This document shows, piece by piece, positions 20,092 through 30,599 of a DNA stretch of 64,000 nt. The notes under the pieces are model-generated. The model was not told the origin of the DNA and searched no databases. It saw nothing but the letters and a program-made list of their open reading frames with translations. The stretch's first letter is position 1. Each line of letters opens with the position of its first letter. This DNA comes from Candidatus Moraniibacteriota bacterium (lineage in GTDB: Bacteria > Patescibacteriota > Minisyncoccia > Moranbacterales > UBA1568): the NCBI GenBank assembly GCA_008012175.1, contig SSEF01000011.1, positions 6,413-70,412 on the forward strand, in the 5' to 3' direction. The position numbers and the translations under genes were made by a program.

Positions 20092-21357
20092 TTATTCGGC
20101 AATAGGTAACGGCCCTCCCAGAGGCAGGAGGCTACGAATCCAAAGAAGAAAAGTCCACTGGCGGTCAACAAGCTCATTGTGCCAGTTGATCTTTATGGCC
20201 GCGCTCGTAGCCCACTCGTCGCTCGGCCGCGCTCGCAGTATATAGTGACCCGCCAATGGTCCGCCGTCAAAATGCACGAGGCCGTACATTTTTCCGTCCC
20301 AAAAGAGACGATACTCTTTCGGCTGGCTGAGGAGGAGGCGGCGGCGCGGCGGCTTCGGAACGAGCTTCGCTGAGGACGAGAGGCGAGCGAGGGCGAACGC
20401 TTTCCCGACCCCATGCCTGTGCCAGCTCTGCGGACACAAAGACTTCCAGCACACATGTCGCTCTTCCTCCTCCTCCTCCTCCTCTTCCTCCTCATCCTTG
20501 TAAGCTCTGAGCGCAGCCGAAGCCCAAGAGGCTCGCCAGTAGGCCGACGACTTGGCCGAATAATGGTCGAGATTGTCGACGAATTTCGGATCGAGCAACA
20601 AATTACAATAGTCCGTGTCGTCGAGACGGTAGAGCCAATCCAAGCGCTCCGGCATCCGACCGACCGACCGACCCCTGAATTTGTGTTTTCTTCTCCTCAT
20701 TCTCTGCGTTGCCAGCCCAAATGCCCTACTTGATTGCTCCTCCGCCATGCCGACCCGATTCGTTGGATCAACCAATGGTTGTTCGGCCGCACCCAATCTC
20801 GAAGCCGGATCCGGGGCCGCCTCGTAATCGACAAAGACTTGCTCGAGGAAAAAGACGATCGGCCGAGGCGGAGCAAAATAACTAAACTGTCTGTAGGCGG
20901 TTACGAGCAGGTCAGGGTCGTGACGTGGCCGACTGCCGTCGACCATCTTGACCCACCGGCTCCGAGCAATGCGACGCTGCGAAAGCACCAGATATCGCTC
21001 CGCCTGGTTCTGATAAACGAGCCGCCGCACCGGCTCAATAGGACCCAGTACCACGTATTCGGCCGGGTCGGCCAGCCCTAGACATGTGACACAGGATAAA
21101 GAGCACTCCGCCGCGCCGCCGCGGCGAGGCACAGTCATGGCGGACTGCGTCCAAAAACTGCACATGAGCTGTTGGAGCCGGGGTCCGTCGTGCGGGCCCG
21201 TCAAGTTATAAAAAATGGCGTTCCAGTGACCAGTGTCGATAGGCGCGCCGTACCAAAGACTAAACACGGTGCGAAAGAAGGCGTTGTAGAGGCGATGAGC
21301 CTCCTTCTTGTAGAGCTGAACTCGCTCGTGAAATTCGCTGGTGCTTGGCTGAAACAT
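20092..21357 (-). CDS. Hypothetical protein with a poly-Glu tract.
   Basis: 421-aa ORF. It contains the 49-nt segment RRIARSRWVKMVDGSRPR, shared in inverted orientation with nt 700-748. Confidence 0.45.
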   Translation of the reverse strand: MFQPSTSEFHERVQLYKKEAHRLYNAFFRTVFSLWYGAPIDTGHWNAIFYNLTGPHDGPRLQQLMCSFWTQSAMTVPRRGGAAECSLSCVTCLGLADPAEYVVLGPIEPVRRLVYQNQAERYLVLSQRRIARSRWVKMVDGSRPRHDPDLLVTAYRQFSYFAPPRPIVFFLEQVFVDYEAAPDPASRLGAAEQPLVDPTNRVGMAEEQSSRAFGLATQRMRRRKHKFRGRSVGRMPERLDWLYRLDDTDYCNLLLDPKFVDNLDHYSAKSSAYWRASWASAALRAYKDEEEEEEEEEEERHVCWKSLCPQSWHRHGVGKAFALARLSSSAKLVPKPPRRRLLLSQPKEYRLFWDGKMYGLVHFDGGPLAGHYILRARPSDEWATSAAIKINWHNELVDRQWTFLLWIRSLLPLGGPLPIAE

Positions 21358-21765
21358 GTGGGCTGTTTTAATAACACTATTCGATCTAAAAAAGAGTTTT
21401 TATAATCACCTCCTCTCTTATTTATCGATCACACAATCAATAGCGCGGAAATTTATAGGGGACCGTTGCTAACAAGCAATATATCCATGTATCGCCCCGC
21501 TCTCTTCGATGTATCGCCTGCGCTACGTTTGTCTGTGAACGGATACATTAACGAGAGCTCGAGGGCGCGAACATACATTGACGTTCGCGTTGCTCCCGGG
21601 GAACACTATTTATGCGCGAGCGCGATCATACATCGACGTTTGTGTTGCGTCTGGAGGAACACTATATTTATGCGTGTGAGAGCAACATTTTCTCTCAAAT
21701 TTCTATATAGTGTTTTTATTTCACTTTTTTTCTTTCACAAAAACAACACACAATTCCGAAAAAGA

Positions 21766-22540
21766 ATGGGACGAGTTCCGACGGCCAAGCAAGAGCTGAG
21801 AAAACTGCAAGAGCAATTCCTAGCCAGAGCCAACGCGCCGCCTTTGCAAAAGAAGGCCCCTCGCAGCAGCAGCAGCAACAGCAATGTTGCCAAGATTTCG
21901 CTCCGCGCGATCGTTCAACTAGCAAATAGTGTCGCGCCGGGAACATGGAAGCGGCTCGCTCATCCGAACGTGGTCGCCGGTCTTCTGATGGCTCCCTTCA
22001 TGGAGTCGCCGGACCGAATAGTCGAGCCGCCGCCGGCGATCGGAAAGTACAATCCAATTTCGCCCTCCCTAGTGCAATCCATTTTGCCCGCCGAACACCC
22101 GAATTTTGAGGGCCTGTGCCAGTATCTCGGAAACGCGCTGGGCATATGGGCAGACTATTTTCCTTGGTCCAACGTGTTTGCCCCGATGATTCTTTCGCTA
22201 TCCTTTGAGCATAGGCACTGGGCTTGTAGAGGTAAATTGATGTTTTTCTTGCTATCAACGCAGCACACATCACACTTTCTCTTTTTCTCTAGTTTTAATC
22301 GAATCGACGCGCCGCAGTCCCACGAAGCCACCAGCGACCGAGCCCCAAACAGAGTCCTTAACAGAAACACTCGCAGAGCCCCAAACAGAGTCCCTCGCAG
22401 CTTCGGGGGAGCCCGCCGGGGAGAACCAGTACGAATTTTTACAAGAGCTCGTTGGCGACGACCCTACGAACCCGACCGACGTCGAGGAGTTTACGCAGAG
22501 CCTCATACGATCGGCACAAAACTTTGGCCGCGACGTTTAA
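21766..22540 (+). CDS. Hypothetical protein, 2 exons (21766..22231, 22293..22540), with a 61-nt intron and an acidic C-terminus.
   Basis: ATG at 21766. The GTAAAT donor is at 22232 and the TCTCTAG acceptor is at 22292. Exon 2 shifts frame to ...EPAGENQYEFLQELVGDDPTNPTDVEEFTQSLIRSAQNFGRDV. The unspliced read-through is Arg-rich junk. Upstream there are two roughly 45-nt direct repeats at 21545-21650 and a TATA. Confidence 0.45.
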
Positions 22541-22629
22541 CATATTTTTATTTTTATAAGAGAGATTTTTATTAATTTTCAATAAAATATTTGCCAACAA
22601 CACGTTTTTCTCTTTTTTTACTATATAAA

Positions 22630-23766
22630 ATGTCCGCCGCGGCGTCTCTAGTCGCTAGCACGCTAGACTCGTCTATACTTCAGACGAACCTAAATGGCTC
22701 GCTGATTGTAAACTTGAGCACAATAGTGCAACAGATTCCCAATGTTGTAAAAGTCGTTGTGAGCGACAGCATGAGCTCTATAGTCTCGTTTCGAGCGCTC
22801 AATAAAGAGTTTACCAACTTTTACTTGCCTCAGCTCAATCTCAAGAAATTTTATGACTTGGGCAAATTTAACGCCAACTACTTTCAGGCCTTCGGCACGT
22901 CCTTCCCTCTGACGTGCACGAGCAAGCTCTTGTTCGGCCTCGACATATCGATCGTAAACAACCTAAATTTCGCCGGCCAGCAGTTCCTGAGCGTCGGCGA
23001 ACTAGCCGCCTTCCGCTTCATGACGTGCCTCTGCTTCGGCCTCGTCTTCAACCTGTCCCTCGGCGTGGACTGCGCGTGCTATCCCAAGACGCTCAACGAC
23101 TTGTCGGCTCTCTCGGCCGGGATCGGCCTCAATTGCGTCTCCCTGACGTGTCGCAACCAACTCAAACTCAACCCGCTCTTGTTCAGCGACCTCTTGCACA
23201 CCGACTGCGAGAACGTGAATTTCAACGCGGCTTTCGTCTCACTAGACGTTTTCGCCGGCCAAAATCTCAACATAAATTTGGATATCGTACAAACCGACGA
23301 CTCCATTGACATGACCACCGCCCTCACAAATTCAGTGAACGCGCTCACGGCCTCGGTGAACGTGCTGCAGGACCAGCTCAACGGATTCTCCAAGCTGTAC
23401 GCGTCCGACCAGCGCGCCTTCCGCGCCGCCCTGGAGGCCGCACAAGTCTACATAGGCTCTATTGTACCGTGGCCTGTAACTGCGCGCAAATTGCCCAAAA
23501 ACTATCTCGCTTGCGACGGTGCCGTTTACAGTGCCGCCGACTTCCCCCGCCTCTTCGAGATCATTGGCACGACCTACACGTCGGACCAGCAGCCGGCCGG
23601 CAAGTTTCAAGTGCCGGATCTGCGAGGGGCCACGCTATATGGCTCCACGCAACCTACTTCAATAGTGGCGGACAGCCCGAGCTTTACAAAGCTCAATACG
23701 GCTCAGCAAGCGGCCACGGCCACTCTAACTGCCGTCTCCACCTTGTACTTGATAAGGGCCTCGTAA
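22630..23766 (+). CDS. Fibre-like protein with a C-terminal phage tail-collar domain.
   Basis: ATG at 22630, with TACTATATAAA immediately upstream. C-terminal LACDGAVYSAADFPRLFEIIGTTYTSDQQPAGKFQVPDLRGATLYGS matches the Collar domain consensus (LxCDGxxxxxxxYxxLFxxIGTxYG...FxLPDLRG). Confidence 0.65.
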   Translation: MSAAASLVASTLDSSILQTNLNGSLIVNLSTIVQQIPNVVKVVVSDSMSSIVSFRALNKEFTNFYLPQLNLKKFYDLGKFNANYFQAFGTSFPLTCTSKLLFGLDISIVNNLNFAGQQFLSVGELAAFRFMTCLCFGLVFNLSLGVDCACYPKTLNDLSALSAGIGLNCVSLTCRNQLKLNPLLFSDLLHTDCENVNFNAAFVSLDVFAGQNLNINLDIVQTDDSIDMTTALTNSVNALTASVNVLQDQLNGFSKLYASDQRAFRAALEAAQVYIGSIVPWPVTARKLPKNYLACDGAVYSAADFPRLFEIIGTTYTSDQQPAGKFQVPDLRGATLYGSTQPTSIVADSPSFTKLNTAQQAATATLTAVSTLYLIRAS

Positions 23767-23856
23767 ACACATGAAATATAAAAAAGTTTACAACAGCAAC
23801 AACTTTATTTTAAAAAATTATTTCGAGGTTGGCGACGACGACGAGAGGCCGGAGCC

Positions 23857-24432
23857 TTATTCCGAGGCTGGAGCGTCGTACTCGTCTTCGCTATTCAGAA
23901 TCCAGAACTCGTCCTCCCAAGAGCGCTCCTGCTCTCCATCTTCCAAAGAGGGCTGTTGCGGTCGGGGCTCTTCGTCCTCCGAAGAAGAAGAAGAAGAAGA
24001 AGAAAACTGTTGGTGTAGCCGCAGCAGCAGCAGCTGCTCTTCCTCCTCGCATTTAAACTCCTCGGAGGCCGGCTGAGGAGCCTGAAGAGGAGCGGCCGGG
24101 GGCTCGATCGAGGAGAGCATGGCTATGGTGGCCGACAACCGACTATTTTCCCACTTGCAAGCGAGACCATTGTGCGTGATTATGGTCATGTCCTCGCTGG
24201 CGTTATGGAGGCACTGGTACAGCTCGAGCTTCGCGGTCAAATCACGAATGTGCTGCTCCAGCGCGTCAATGTATTCCTGCCGCCGCTGCCGACACTTTCT
24301 AGCCGCGATCCGGTTGCGCTCGCGCCGCCTGTCTTGCGCCTCCGGGTTTGGCGTCGCAGGAGGTTTCGGTTGCTCCGGCTTCCTCGCTGCCGGCGCCCCT
24401 TCCGACAATACAGAAGTTTTCTTTTTAGTCAT
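23857..24432 (-). CDS. bZIP transcription factor.
   Basis: RRERNRIAARKCRQRRQEYIDALEQHIRDLTAKLELYQ is a canonical basic region N-x7-R plus a leucine zipper. There is an acidic Ser-rich C-terminus. Confidence 0.7.
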   Translation of the reverse strand: MTKKKTSVLSEGAPAARKPEQPKPPATPNPEAQDRRRERNRIAARKCRQRRQEYIDALEQHIRDLTAKLELYQCLHNASEDMTIITHNGLACKWENSRLSATIAMLSSIEPPAAPLQAPQPASEEFKCEEEEQLLLLRLHQQFSSSSSSSSEDEEPRPQQPSLEDGEQERSWEDEFWILNSEDEYDAPASE

Positions 24433-24592
24433 TGTGTGTGTGTGTGTGTGTGCATTCGCGTTTGCGTGGGAACATAGGTTTTATACTTTATTCTATGACG
24501 TACTCCATTCTCCATGGCAACAGCTCGTTGTGTTTCGTTAAGTGCACTCCTTCTGTTGCGTAGCGAGGAGCTTCGTTAATGTAATGCGGGTG

Positions 24593-24612
24593 CACTATAA
24601 AGATATAAAGGG
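24593..24612 (+). promoter_or_regulatory. TATA box (CACTATAAAGATATAAAG) upstream of the kinase gene.
   Basis: It is about 30-45 nt upstream of the ATG at 24638. Confidence 0.45.
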
Positions 24613-24637
24613 AACGAGCGAGCAACAACGATTTTAA

Positions 24638-25874
24638 ATGAAACCAAAGAAAATGAGCAACACTAATATTCTGCAACAACAGCAGCAACAGAAACGAAGC
24701 AGTTTGCCACGCGGAGCAAAGACTCTAGCGAACGAGCTGTTTAAAAGTCTAGCCCAGCAAATGCATCCGCGGTGGCGAAGGACCACCGAGAGGCCCGGCA
24801 CCAGCAAGCCCCCTTCGGTCAAGTCTGTAGGGGCGGTGGACGGCAGTTGTGGCAGCTGCGTCCCAGCCGACCAGCCGCCGCAGCCCTTCTCGGACGACAT
24901 TTACTTCACAGGCCCCATTTACTCGGGGCACTTTTCGCAAGTATGGCAGGGCACAGCCAATAGAGCGAACCCCACCAAGATTGTGGTCAAGTTTAACCGA
25001 AGCGTTAAAGATTTTGAGTACGAGTACGCCCTGCTCAACTATATGCGCCGCTTCACTAGGACGCCGTCGCCGCATCTACTCTATTTGAGCTTTTTGTGCC
25101 CCGTCGCAAACAATGGGATGCCGCCCGGTCTCGGGTTTGACCGAGCCATTTGCGACCTCAGTCAGGTGGTCCGCTTCTCGGTCTCTCTGGACCGCATCGC
25201 CCGCATGGCTACCGAAATTTTTGAGGGCCTGGCCGCGCTACACGACGAGTACGACATTGTTCACACCGACATCAAACTGCAAAATATTTTTGTCTTTTCG
25301 CACGCCATCAAATTGGGTGATTTTGGCTGCGCGCTTCTCAGACGGCCATCTGCCATCCTCCCGCAATGCCCCGACATTGGCCGCCTCGTGGGCAACCCGG
25401 AAGTCACGAGCGTCCCTTTCCGAGCCCCCGAAATTTCCGCAAGTAAGATTTTGTGTGTGTGTGTGTGTCTCTAACACTAATGTCGAGCACGCTAACTTGT
25501 CTCTCTTAGAAAGCCCCGATTTGAACGAGAAGCTCGATGTCTGGAGTGCAGGCGCCGTTTGTTTTGCTCTATTGACTCATGGCCAGTTTCTGATCGATTT
25601 GGCCGGGGCCGAGACCAAGGCGGAGCAGCGGCGCACTCGCTTCGAAAAACTGCTTCGTTTGTTTAACGCCAAGGACAAGGAGGAATCCTTTGAAGGGCGC
25701 TTGGCCCGGCTGGCGGACAAACAGTTTAGCCGCGAGCAGTTGGCGCTTTTTGACCCGCTGTGGCGGGCCGTTTTCGACTTTGACAACAAGAGCCGGGCGA
25801 GCGCTGCTGAGACGGCCCGGCTCCTCAGAAACTTTATTTTGCCTCGCATCGACGAGCCGTTAATTTTTGAATAG
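24638..25874 (+). CDS. Ser/Thr protein kinase, 2 exons (24638..25442, 25510..25874), with a 67-nt intron.
   Basis: Gly-loop GPIYSGHFSQVWQG, IVVKF (the VAIK Lys), HTDIKLQNIF (catalytic loop), KLGDFG (DFG motif) and APEI are present. DVWSAGAV (subdomain IX) follows the GTAAGA...CTCTCTTAG intron, which contains (GT)9. A TATA lies about 35 nt upstream. Confidence 0.75.
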
Positions 25875-25929
25875 TTTTTTAATAAAAAGTTTTTAACAGT
25901 ACTCTCTTTCTCTCTATCTCTCTTTTATT

Positions 25930-26607
25930 ATGCAACGAGACTTGTCCAAGTTGCCGAGCGCGAGCGCTATTCTTAGCCCGCTCAGCATGCCGCAGCTCCA
26001 AAACATTGTGGCCGATATTAGCACGGACCTGGCCGTCACAGAGCAAATTGTGGCGAGCCTTGAGGCCCGCGTAGACGAAAAGCTAGCTTCGCTACAGCGC
26101 GCCCTCGTGCCTGTCGGCTCGATATTCTGTTTTTCCAGCGGCCAAGTGCCGGCCAATTTTCATTTGTGCGACGGCTCGGCCTTCTCTAAAGCCGATTTCC
26201 CCGAGCTATTCGCCGCCGTCGGCAGCACGTACACGACGACCAACTCTCAACTCTATTTTAATATTCCCGATTTACGTGGCATGTTTGTGCGCGGCCACGA
26301 CTACGACCGGGGCGTGGACTCGCAAAAGAAGCGGCCGCTCGGGTCCGTCCAGGCCAGCCAGACGAGCATGCCTTCTTCGGGCCCGTTTCAAGTCAGCCCG
26401 GCGGGCAACCATCAACACACTACGTTCTTTTGGTACGCGCCACTCTCCGGAGCCGGCAACTCAAACTTTGTGGCCGTGTCGAGTTTGGGCGGATCGGTCA
26501 ATGTACCGACCACCATGAACGGAGCGCACTCCCATCAAATTTCAGGCGGAGACGCGGAAACGTGCCCAATTAACGTATCGCTGAATTACATCATCAAGAT
26601 TGTTTAG
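25930..26607 (+). CDS. Phage tail-collar domain protein.
   Basis: PVGSIFCFSSGQVPANFHLCDGSAFSKADFPELFAAVGSTYTTTNSQLYFNIPDLRGMFVRG is the Collar consensus. AHSHQISGG lies downstream. Confidence 0.7.
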   Translation: MQRDLSKLPSASAILSPLSMPQLQNIVADISTDLAVTEQIVASLEARVDEKLASLQRALVPVGSIFCFSSGQVPANFHLCDGSAFSKADFPELFAAVGSTYTTTNSQLYFNIPDLRGMFVRGHDYDRGVDSQKKRPLGSVQASQTSMPSSGPFQVSPAGNHQHTTFFWYAPLSGAGNSNFVAVSSLGGSVNVPTTMNGAHSHQISGGDAETCPINVSLNYIIKIV

Positions 26608-26707
26608 CGCTTGTTGTCTGACTGGCGCTCGCCGATAAAAGAGAGCACTTCTCGAGGACACAGCACATATCTAACAAGCTATGCCAAGACGACGACAACC
26701 AAGGAAA

Positions 26708-27178
26708 ATGAACAAAAGAGTCTACCTGGCCAACTGCCTCGGCTTTTGCAGCGGCAACAACAACAACCTAACCCAAATTGTAGGGAAATTGGAGACCGCC
26801 GGCTTCACCGTATTCGAACCCTTCAGCGCTGCCACCGCCGCGAACGCTCAACAGCAAGCGGCCGAGTCAGCGGGGAGAGCCGAGCGCATCTTCCATCAAA
26901 ACATTGAGGAAATGGAGATGTGCGACTTGGTCGTGGCCCTCCTGGACGGTAACGGAATGTCGGTCGACGACGGAGTTGCGTTTGAAATGGGCTTCTGCTA
27001 TGCGAAAAAGAAGCCAGTGTATGGCATTCGCTCGGATATGCGCACCTGCGAGTTTGATTTGCCCGTGAATCTGCAACTCTTCTACGCGTGCGCCTCTCTT
27101 GACGGTCAAGAGCGTCGTCTTTTCCCTTCAGTAGAAGCGCTCATTTCGGCGCTCCGCCAAGAAAAACGAGCTGTGTGA
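26708..27178 (+). CDS. Nucleoside 2-deoxyribosyltransferase / DNPH1-like protein.
   Basis: VYLANCLGF...NLTQIVGKLE..GFTVFEPF, then CDLVVALLDGNGMSVDDGVAFEMGFCYAKKKPVYG. This is the fold signature, with the conserved Glu in the FEMG context. Confidence 0.55.
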   Translation: MNKRVYLANCLGFCSGNNNNLTQIVGKLETAGFTVFEPFSAATAANAQQQAAESAGRAERIFHQNIEEMEMCDLVVALLDGNGMSVDDGVAFEMGFCYAKKKPVYGIRSDMRTCEFDLPVNLQLFYACASLDGQERRLFPSVEALISALRQEKRAV

Positions 27179-27200
27179 CTATTTCCGCCCATGTTTTTTA

Positions 27201-27206
27201 AATAAA
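27201..27206 (+). terminator. AATAAA polyadenylation signal after the 26708..27178 gene. Similar AATAAA signals are found at or near stops at about 2545, 11468, 16377, 20045, 25881, 30514, 38145, 41885, 45818, 54044, 58902 and 59802.
   Basis: A canonical hexamer recurs within 0-30 nt of stop codons throughout the window. Confidence 0.5.
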
Positions 27207-27502
27207 AGAAGCAAACTCTAAACTAAATGTCTTTTTCGGGTTTTCAGGCCGCTCCAAAAGAGAGTCGCCTTAAAGAGGGCCGCTCAAAGAGAGCTTTAAA
27301 AAGAGGGCCGGTTTTAGATTTGAGACGGGCATTAAAACAAAAAACTTGATAATGAAAACAAAAAACTTTTATTTGAAAAACTTTATTTGAAAAATTGAAA
27401 ACAAAAACTTGAAAACAAAATTGAAAACTTGAAAACAAAAACTTGAAAACTTTATTTGAAAAAACTTCTTAAAACCCATTTGCAAAAGAAAAAACATGCC
27501 CA

Positions 27503-28483
27503 CTAGTTGAGCAGGCACGCGTGTACGAGGTACAAGTTCTCGGCGCCCTCCTTACTCGTCGGCGCCGTCTCCCGGACCTCGTGCAAGCATCTCAGACTAC
27601 TGCTCGTTTTTATCAACTTGTACTTCCACGTCATCGTCTCCACAGTAAAATAAATCTCCGACGTGATCTCGTCTAGCCGGCCAAAATAAGCATGCAAATC
27701 CACGTTAACTGCAATCTCTACGATACGCGCGCGCCGGCCACTCTTCTCTATATAGTCTCGCAGCCGCTCGTCCTCACCATACAAGTCGCTCACCTGGTTT
27801 TCGACCGTGAGAGGATACTGTTCTTCCAGAATGACGGCCAGCTTCTCGTCTTTGCACCACTCTTTAGAGTAGACGTCAGGCGGTGATTTGTACGCCACAA
27901 AAAACGCCTTCACCTCGCTCAGCTCGGACGCCTTATAATCGTCTTGGGTGGAGTTCCCCGATGCGACCGACTCCTCGTCATCGGAGTAGTATGTGTCGTC
28001 GTCTTCTATTTTCGCAAAATGATAACTCGGAGCCGCCTCGTGGACTTCTGACTCTTCCGAAGGAACCGGAGCATCAGGCGGGGCCTCGTGGACTACTGAC
28101 TCTGGTGCTTCCGAAGGAATTGGAGCATCAGGCGGAGCATCGGAGCAGACTTTCTTTTGCGGGCCAGCGATCTCGCTCATAGATTTGCGTTTCCGCGCTT
28201 GGTAAAAACTCGTGTAATTATCCAAGGAATTGCATTTGTCGATGAGAAAATCGTTCGAGTATTCTTTCGAATTGAAATCCAAAGAGTATTTATAACTAAA
28301 GCTCGTATTGCCGCGAATCCTGGCCCACCTCTCCTGGCTGAGAGGTTCGCCGCGCATGTATTTTGCCCGTGTCTCGTTACATTCAGCAATAACCTCATCT
28401 ACGGACTTCAAAAACTGCTCCCGCGCTTCGCGAATTTGAGTGAGATACGATTCATAGAATTCGCAAATTTCCTTTGAGCTCAT
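27503..28483 (-). CDS. Hypothetical protein with a PDAP(I/V)PSE repeat.
   Basis: 326-aa ORF of complex composition. An AT-rich repeat spacer with AATAAA lies downstream at 27190-27480. Confidence 0.45.
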   Translation of the reverse strand: MSSKEICEFYESYLTQIREAREQFLKSVDEVIAECNETRAKYMRGEPLSQERWARIRGNTSFSYKYSLDFNSKEYSNDFLIDKCNSLDNYTSFYQARKRKSMSEIAGPQKKVCSDAPPDAPIPSEAPESVVHEAPPDAPVPSEESEVHEAAPSYHFAKIEDDDTYYSDDEESVASGNSTQDDYKASELSEVKAFFVAYKSPPDVYSKEWCKDEKLAVILEEQYPLTVENQVSDLYGEDERLRDYIEKSGRRARIVEIAVNVDLHAYFGRLDEITSEIYFTVETMTWKYKLIKTSSSLRCLHEVRETAPTSKEGAENLYLVHACLLN

Positions 28484-28606
28484 GTTGTCATCAGTTTAAC
28501 TTTATCTATATACAAACAAGCGAGCTTAAACTCTTTTATACTTGCTGAGTTGCTCCGCTAGAAACGTCGGCGAGCTCGAACCTGAAACGTTAACGATATA
28601 GAACAA

Positions 28607-28670
28607 GCAACTCGAAATCGAACTCAATGCTACCGTAGCAACTCGAAATCGAACTCAATGTTACCGTAGC
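28607..28670. repeat. 31-nt direct repeat x2 (CAACTCGAAATCGAACTCAATGYTACCGTAGC) in the divergent promoter region.
   Basis: Direct reading. Confidence 0.8.
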
Positions 28671-28758
28671 GACCGAGTTACGTTGGCGTAAAATCAAGAG
28701 AGTATTTCTAACTTGAAAAATTCGCGCAGTTGGTATTATTTGATCTTGTGTAAAAGAA

Positions 28759-28797
<39 letters not shown>

Positions 28798-28827
28798 AAT
28801 AATTACAAACAACAACAAACGACAAAT

Positions 28828-30489
28828 ATGGTCCTCTCCTCTCTCCGAGACATTTCGCTTCGAAGCGCCTTGTGCACCATCAAAAATCTCAAAAGGCTCC
28901 GGCCGCTAACCAACATGAACCTGGGTGAGTCGAGCGCCCTGCGCGCGCACATGTTCCTCCATTGCCCCAACTTGTACCGAGCCATGTTTAAGAGTAATTT
29001 CGCCGGATTGGCCTACGACAAAAAGGACGCGGACGCATGGGAGGGCTACATCCAAACCGAACGGGATATGCCGCCGCCGGAGAGCGCGCTCTACGACGAC
29101 GAAGAATTTTGTCAAATGCTCGTGCGTAAATGGCTCTTTTCCTACATTCCGGCGGCGAAGAGGACGATGCGCCTCGTACACTATTGCTTCAAAACCAATC
29201 GGGTTTCGGCGGAGACTGTGAACGAGTACCCGCACGTGGCCTGCTTGTACCCCAATTCTATGTTTCTCATGAAGCTACAGCACATAACCCCCGAGATCAT
29301 TGAAACCTATTTTGCGACCGGCCGGGCCGACCTGGCGAAGGACCTCGACCCGACACAATACATTTGCTTTCGGCAAGTGCTGAACCAGAGACCCGCACTG
29401 GCCGCGGCCGCGCCACCAGCTACCTTACGCTCTTTGCAGTGCCTATATCTGAGGAGGGCAGTGCCGGGGCCAATAGTAGAAATTGCGCGCCAGTTCGAAA
29501 TAGTCGAACTTTATCCCGCCGACTACTTCACCGACCAAGTCTGTCGAGACCTGCTGGCCAAGACCGCGTTTAGGCGGCTCGCGAAGCGGCTACGTATGCT
29601 CGAAAGCATGTGTCAAGCGGCTTTGATGCAAGACGTCGAAAATTACAGGTACATTGCGAAAACCGGGCACTGGCCATTGGAGTGGATCATGGCCATTTTG
29701 TCGCGGGCCTCCGACCCGGGCGAGGCCTGGCGATTCATGTATCCGAAGCACCTGCCCCGGAGCAGTATGAGCCAACAAGAGAAGGAGGAGCTCTGTTGGC
29801 TGCTCATACGCGACGCGCCCAACGCGAGCCCGGGCCACTTGGAGGACGAGGATTTTGATGCGCTCACGCTCGAGCAGAAACGCTACTTTTTGATGTACGC
29901 ATCTCTGAAGGTCGCAAACGTGGCCCTCGAATGGCTCAAGATGTTTGGTGGGATCGGCGACGTGCTTACGCAGGAAATTTGCGATCACTTGATTTTGACG
30001 GTGAAACCCTCCAATGGCGTGGAACAACTGGTGCAAAACAATATTTTTATCCTGCTTCCGAACCAGTTCAAAACGGAGCGGCTATGCACGCACTACATAA
30101 AACATGAGCTCAACTGCTGGCCGCGGGTGCCCAAGACGAGCGAGAATCTAAAATTGTGGTTTGAAACGCACAAACCGGCCGCCAATTGCGACGCGTACTT
30201 GGAAGAGTTTCCTATGGATTGCGCCGAGACGCGAAAGATTATAGCTCACTTCCCCAAGGTGGTTGCGCGCCTCTCCAATCTCGACCTCTCTGTGGCCACC
30301 GAGTTTTGCTTGGAGAACCGAGAATGTCTCGAGTACATTAGAGAGCCCGCCCTCTCCAACGTTTTAACAAAATGCGCCAAGAACGAGAGCGGGGAGTGGC
30401 GAGAAAACTGGCAAGAGAATTTGCGCTTTCTAAAGGAGCACTGCCACAAACCGTTCCAGATGCTCCTCTTTTACTCTTTTCTACATTAA
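28828..30489 (+). CDS. Hypothetical protein, paralog A of a convergent pair.
   Basis: 553 aa. It shares HCPNLYRAMF/DDEEFCQMLV and a long central block (RLRMLESMCQAALMQD...LIRDAPNASP...KRYFLMYASLK) with the 30600..32327 product. Confidence 0.55.
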   Translation: MVLSSLRDISLRSALCTIKNLKRLRPLTNMNLGESSALRAHMFLHCPNLYRAMFKSNFAGLAYDKKDADAWEGYIQTERDMPPPESALYDDEEFCQMLVRKWLFSYIPAAKRTMRLVHYCFKTNRVSAETVNEYPHVACLYPNSMFLMKLQHITPEIIETYFATGRADLAKDLDPTQYICFRQVLNQRPALAAAAPPATLRSLQCLYLRRAVPGPIVEIARQFEIVELYPADYFTDQVCRDLLAKTAFRRLAKRLRMLESMCQAALMQDVENYRYIAKTGHWPLEWIMAILSRASDPGEAWRFMYPKHLPRSSMSQQEKEELCWLLIRDAPNASPGHLEDEDFDALTLEQKRYFLMYASLKVANVALEWLKMFGGIGDVLTQEICDHLILTVKPSNGVEQLVQNNIFILLPNQFKTERLCTHYIKHELNCWPRVPKTSENLKLWFETHKPAANCDAYLEEFPMDCAETRKIIAHFPKVVARLSNLDLSVATEFCLENRECLEYIREPALSNVLTKCAKNESGEWRENWQENLRFLKEHCHKPFQMLLFYSFLH

Positions 30490-30599
30490 TATTGTTTTTT
30501 AATTTTTATTTTCAATAAAAAATGTTAAAAATATTTTTGCGTTTTTTTTTATTTTAACGTTTTAAAAATGATGAGGGCTTTATGTCCGCGCCAAGATGC

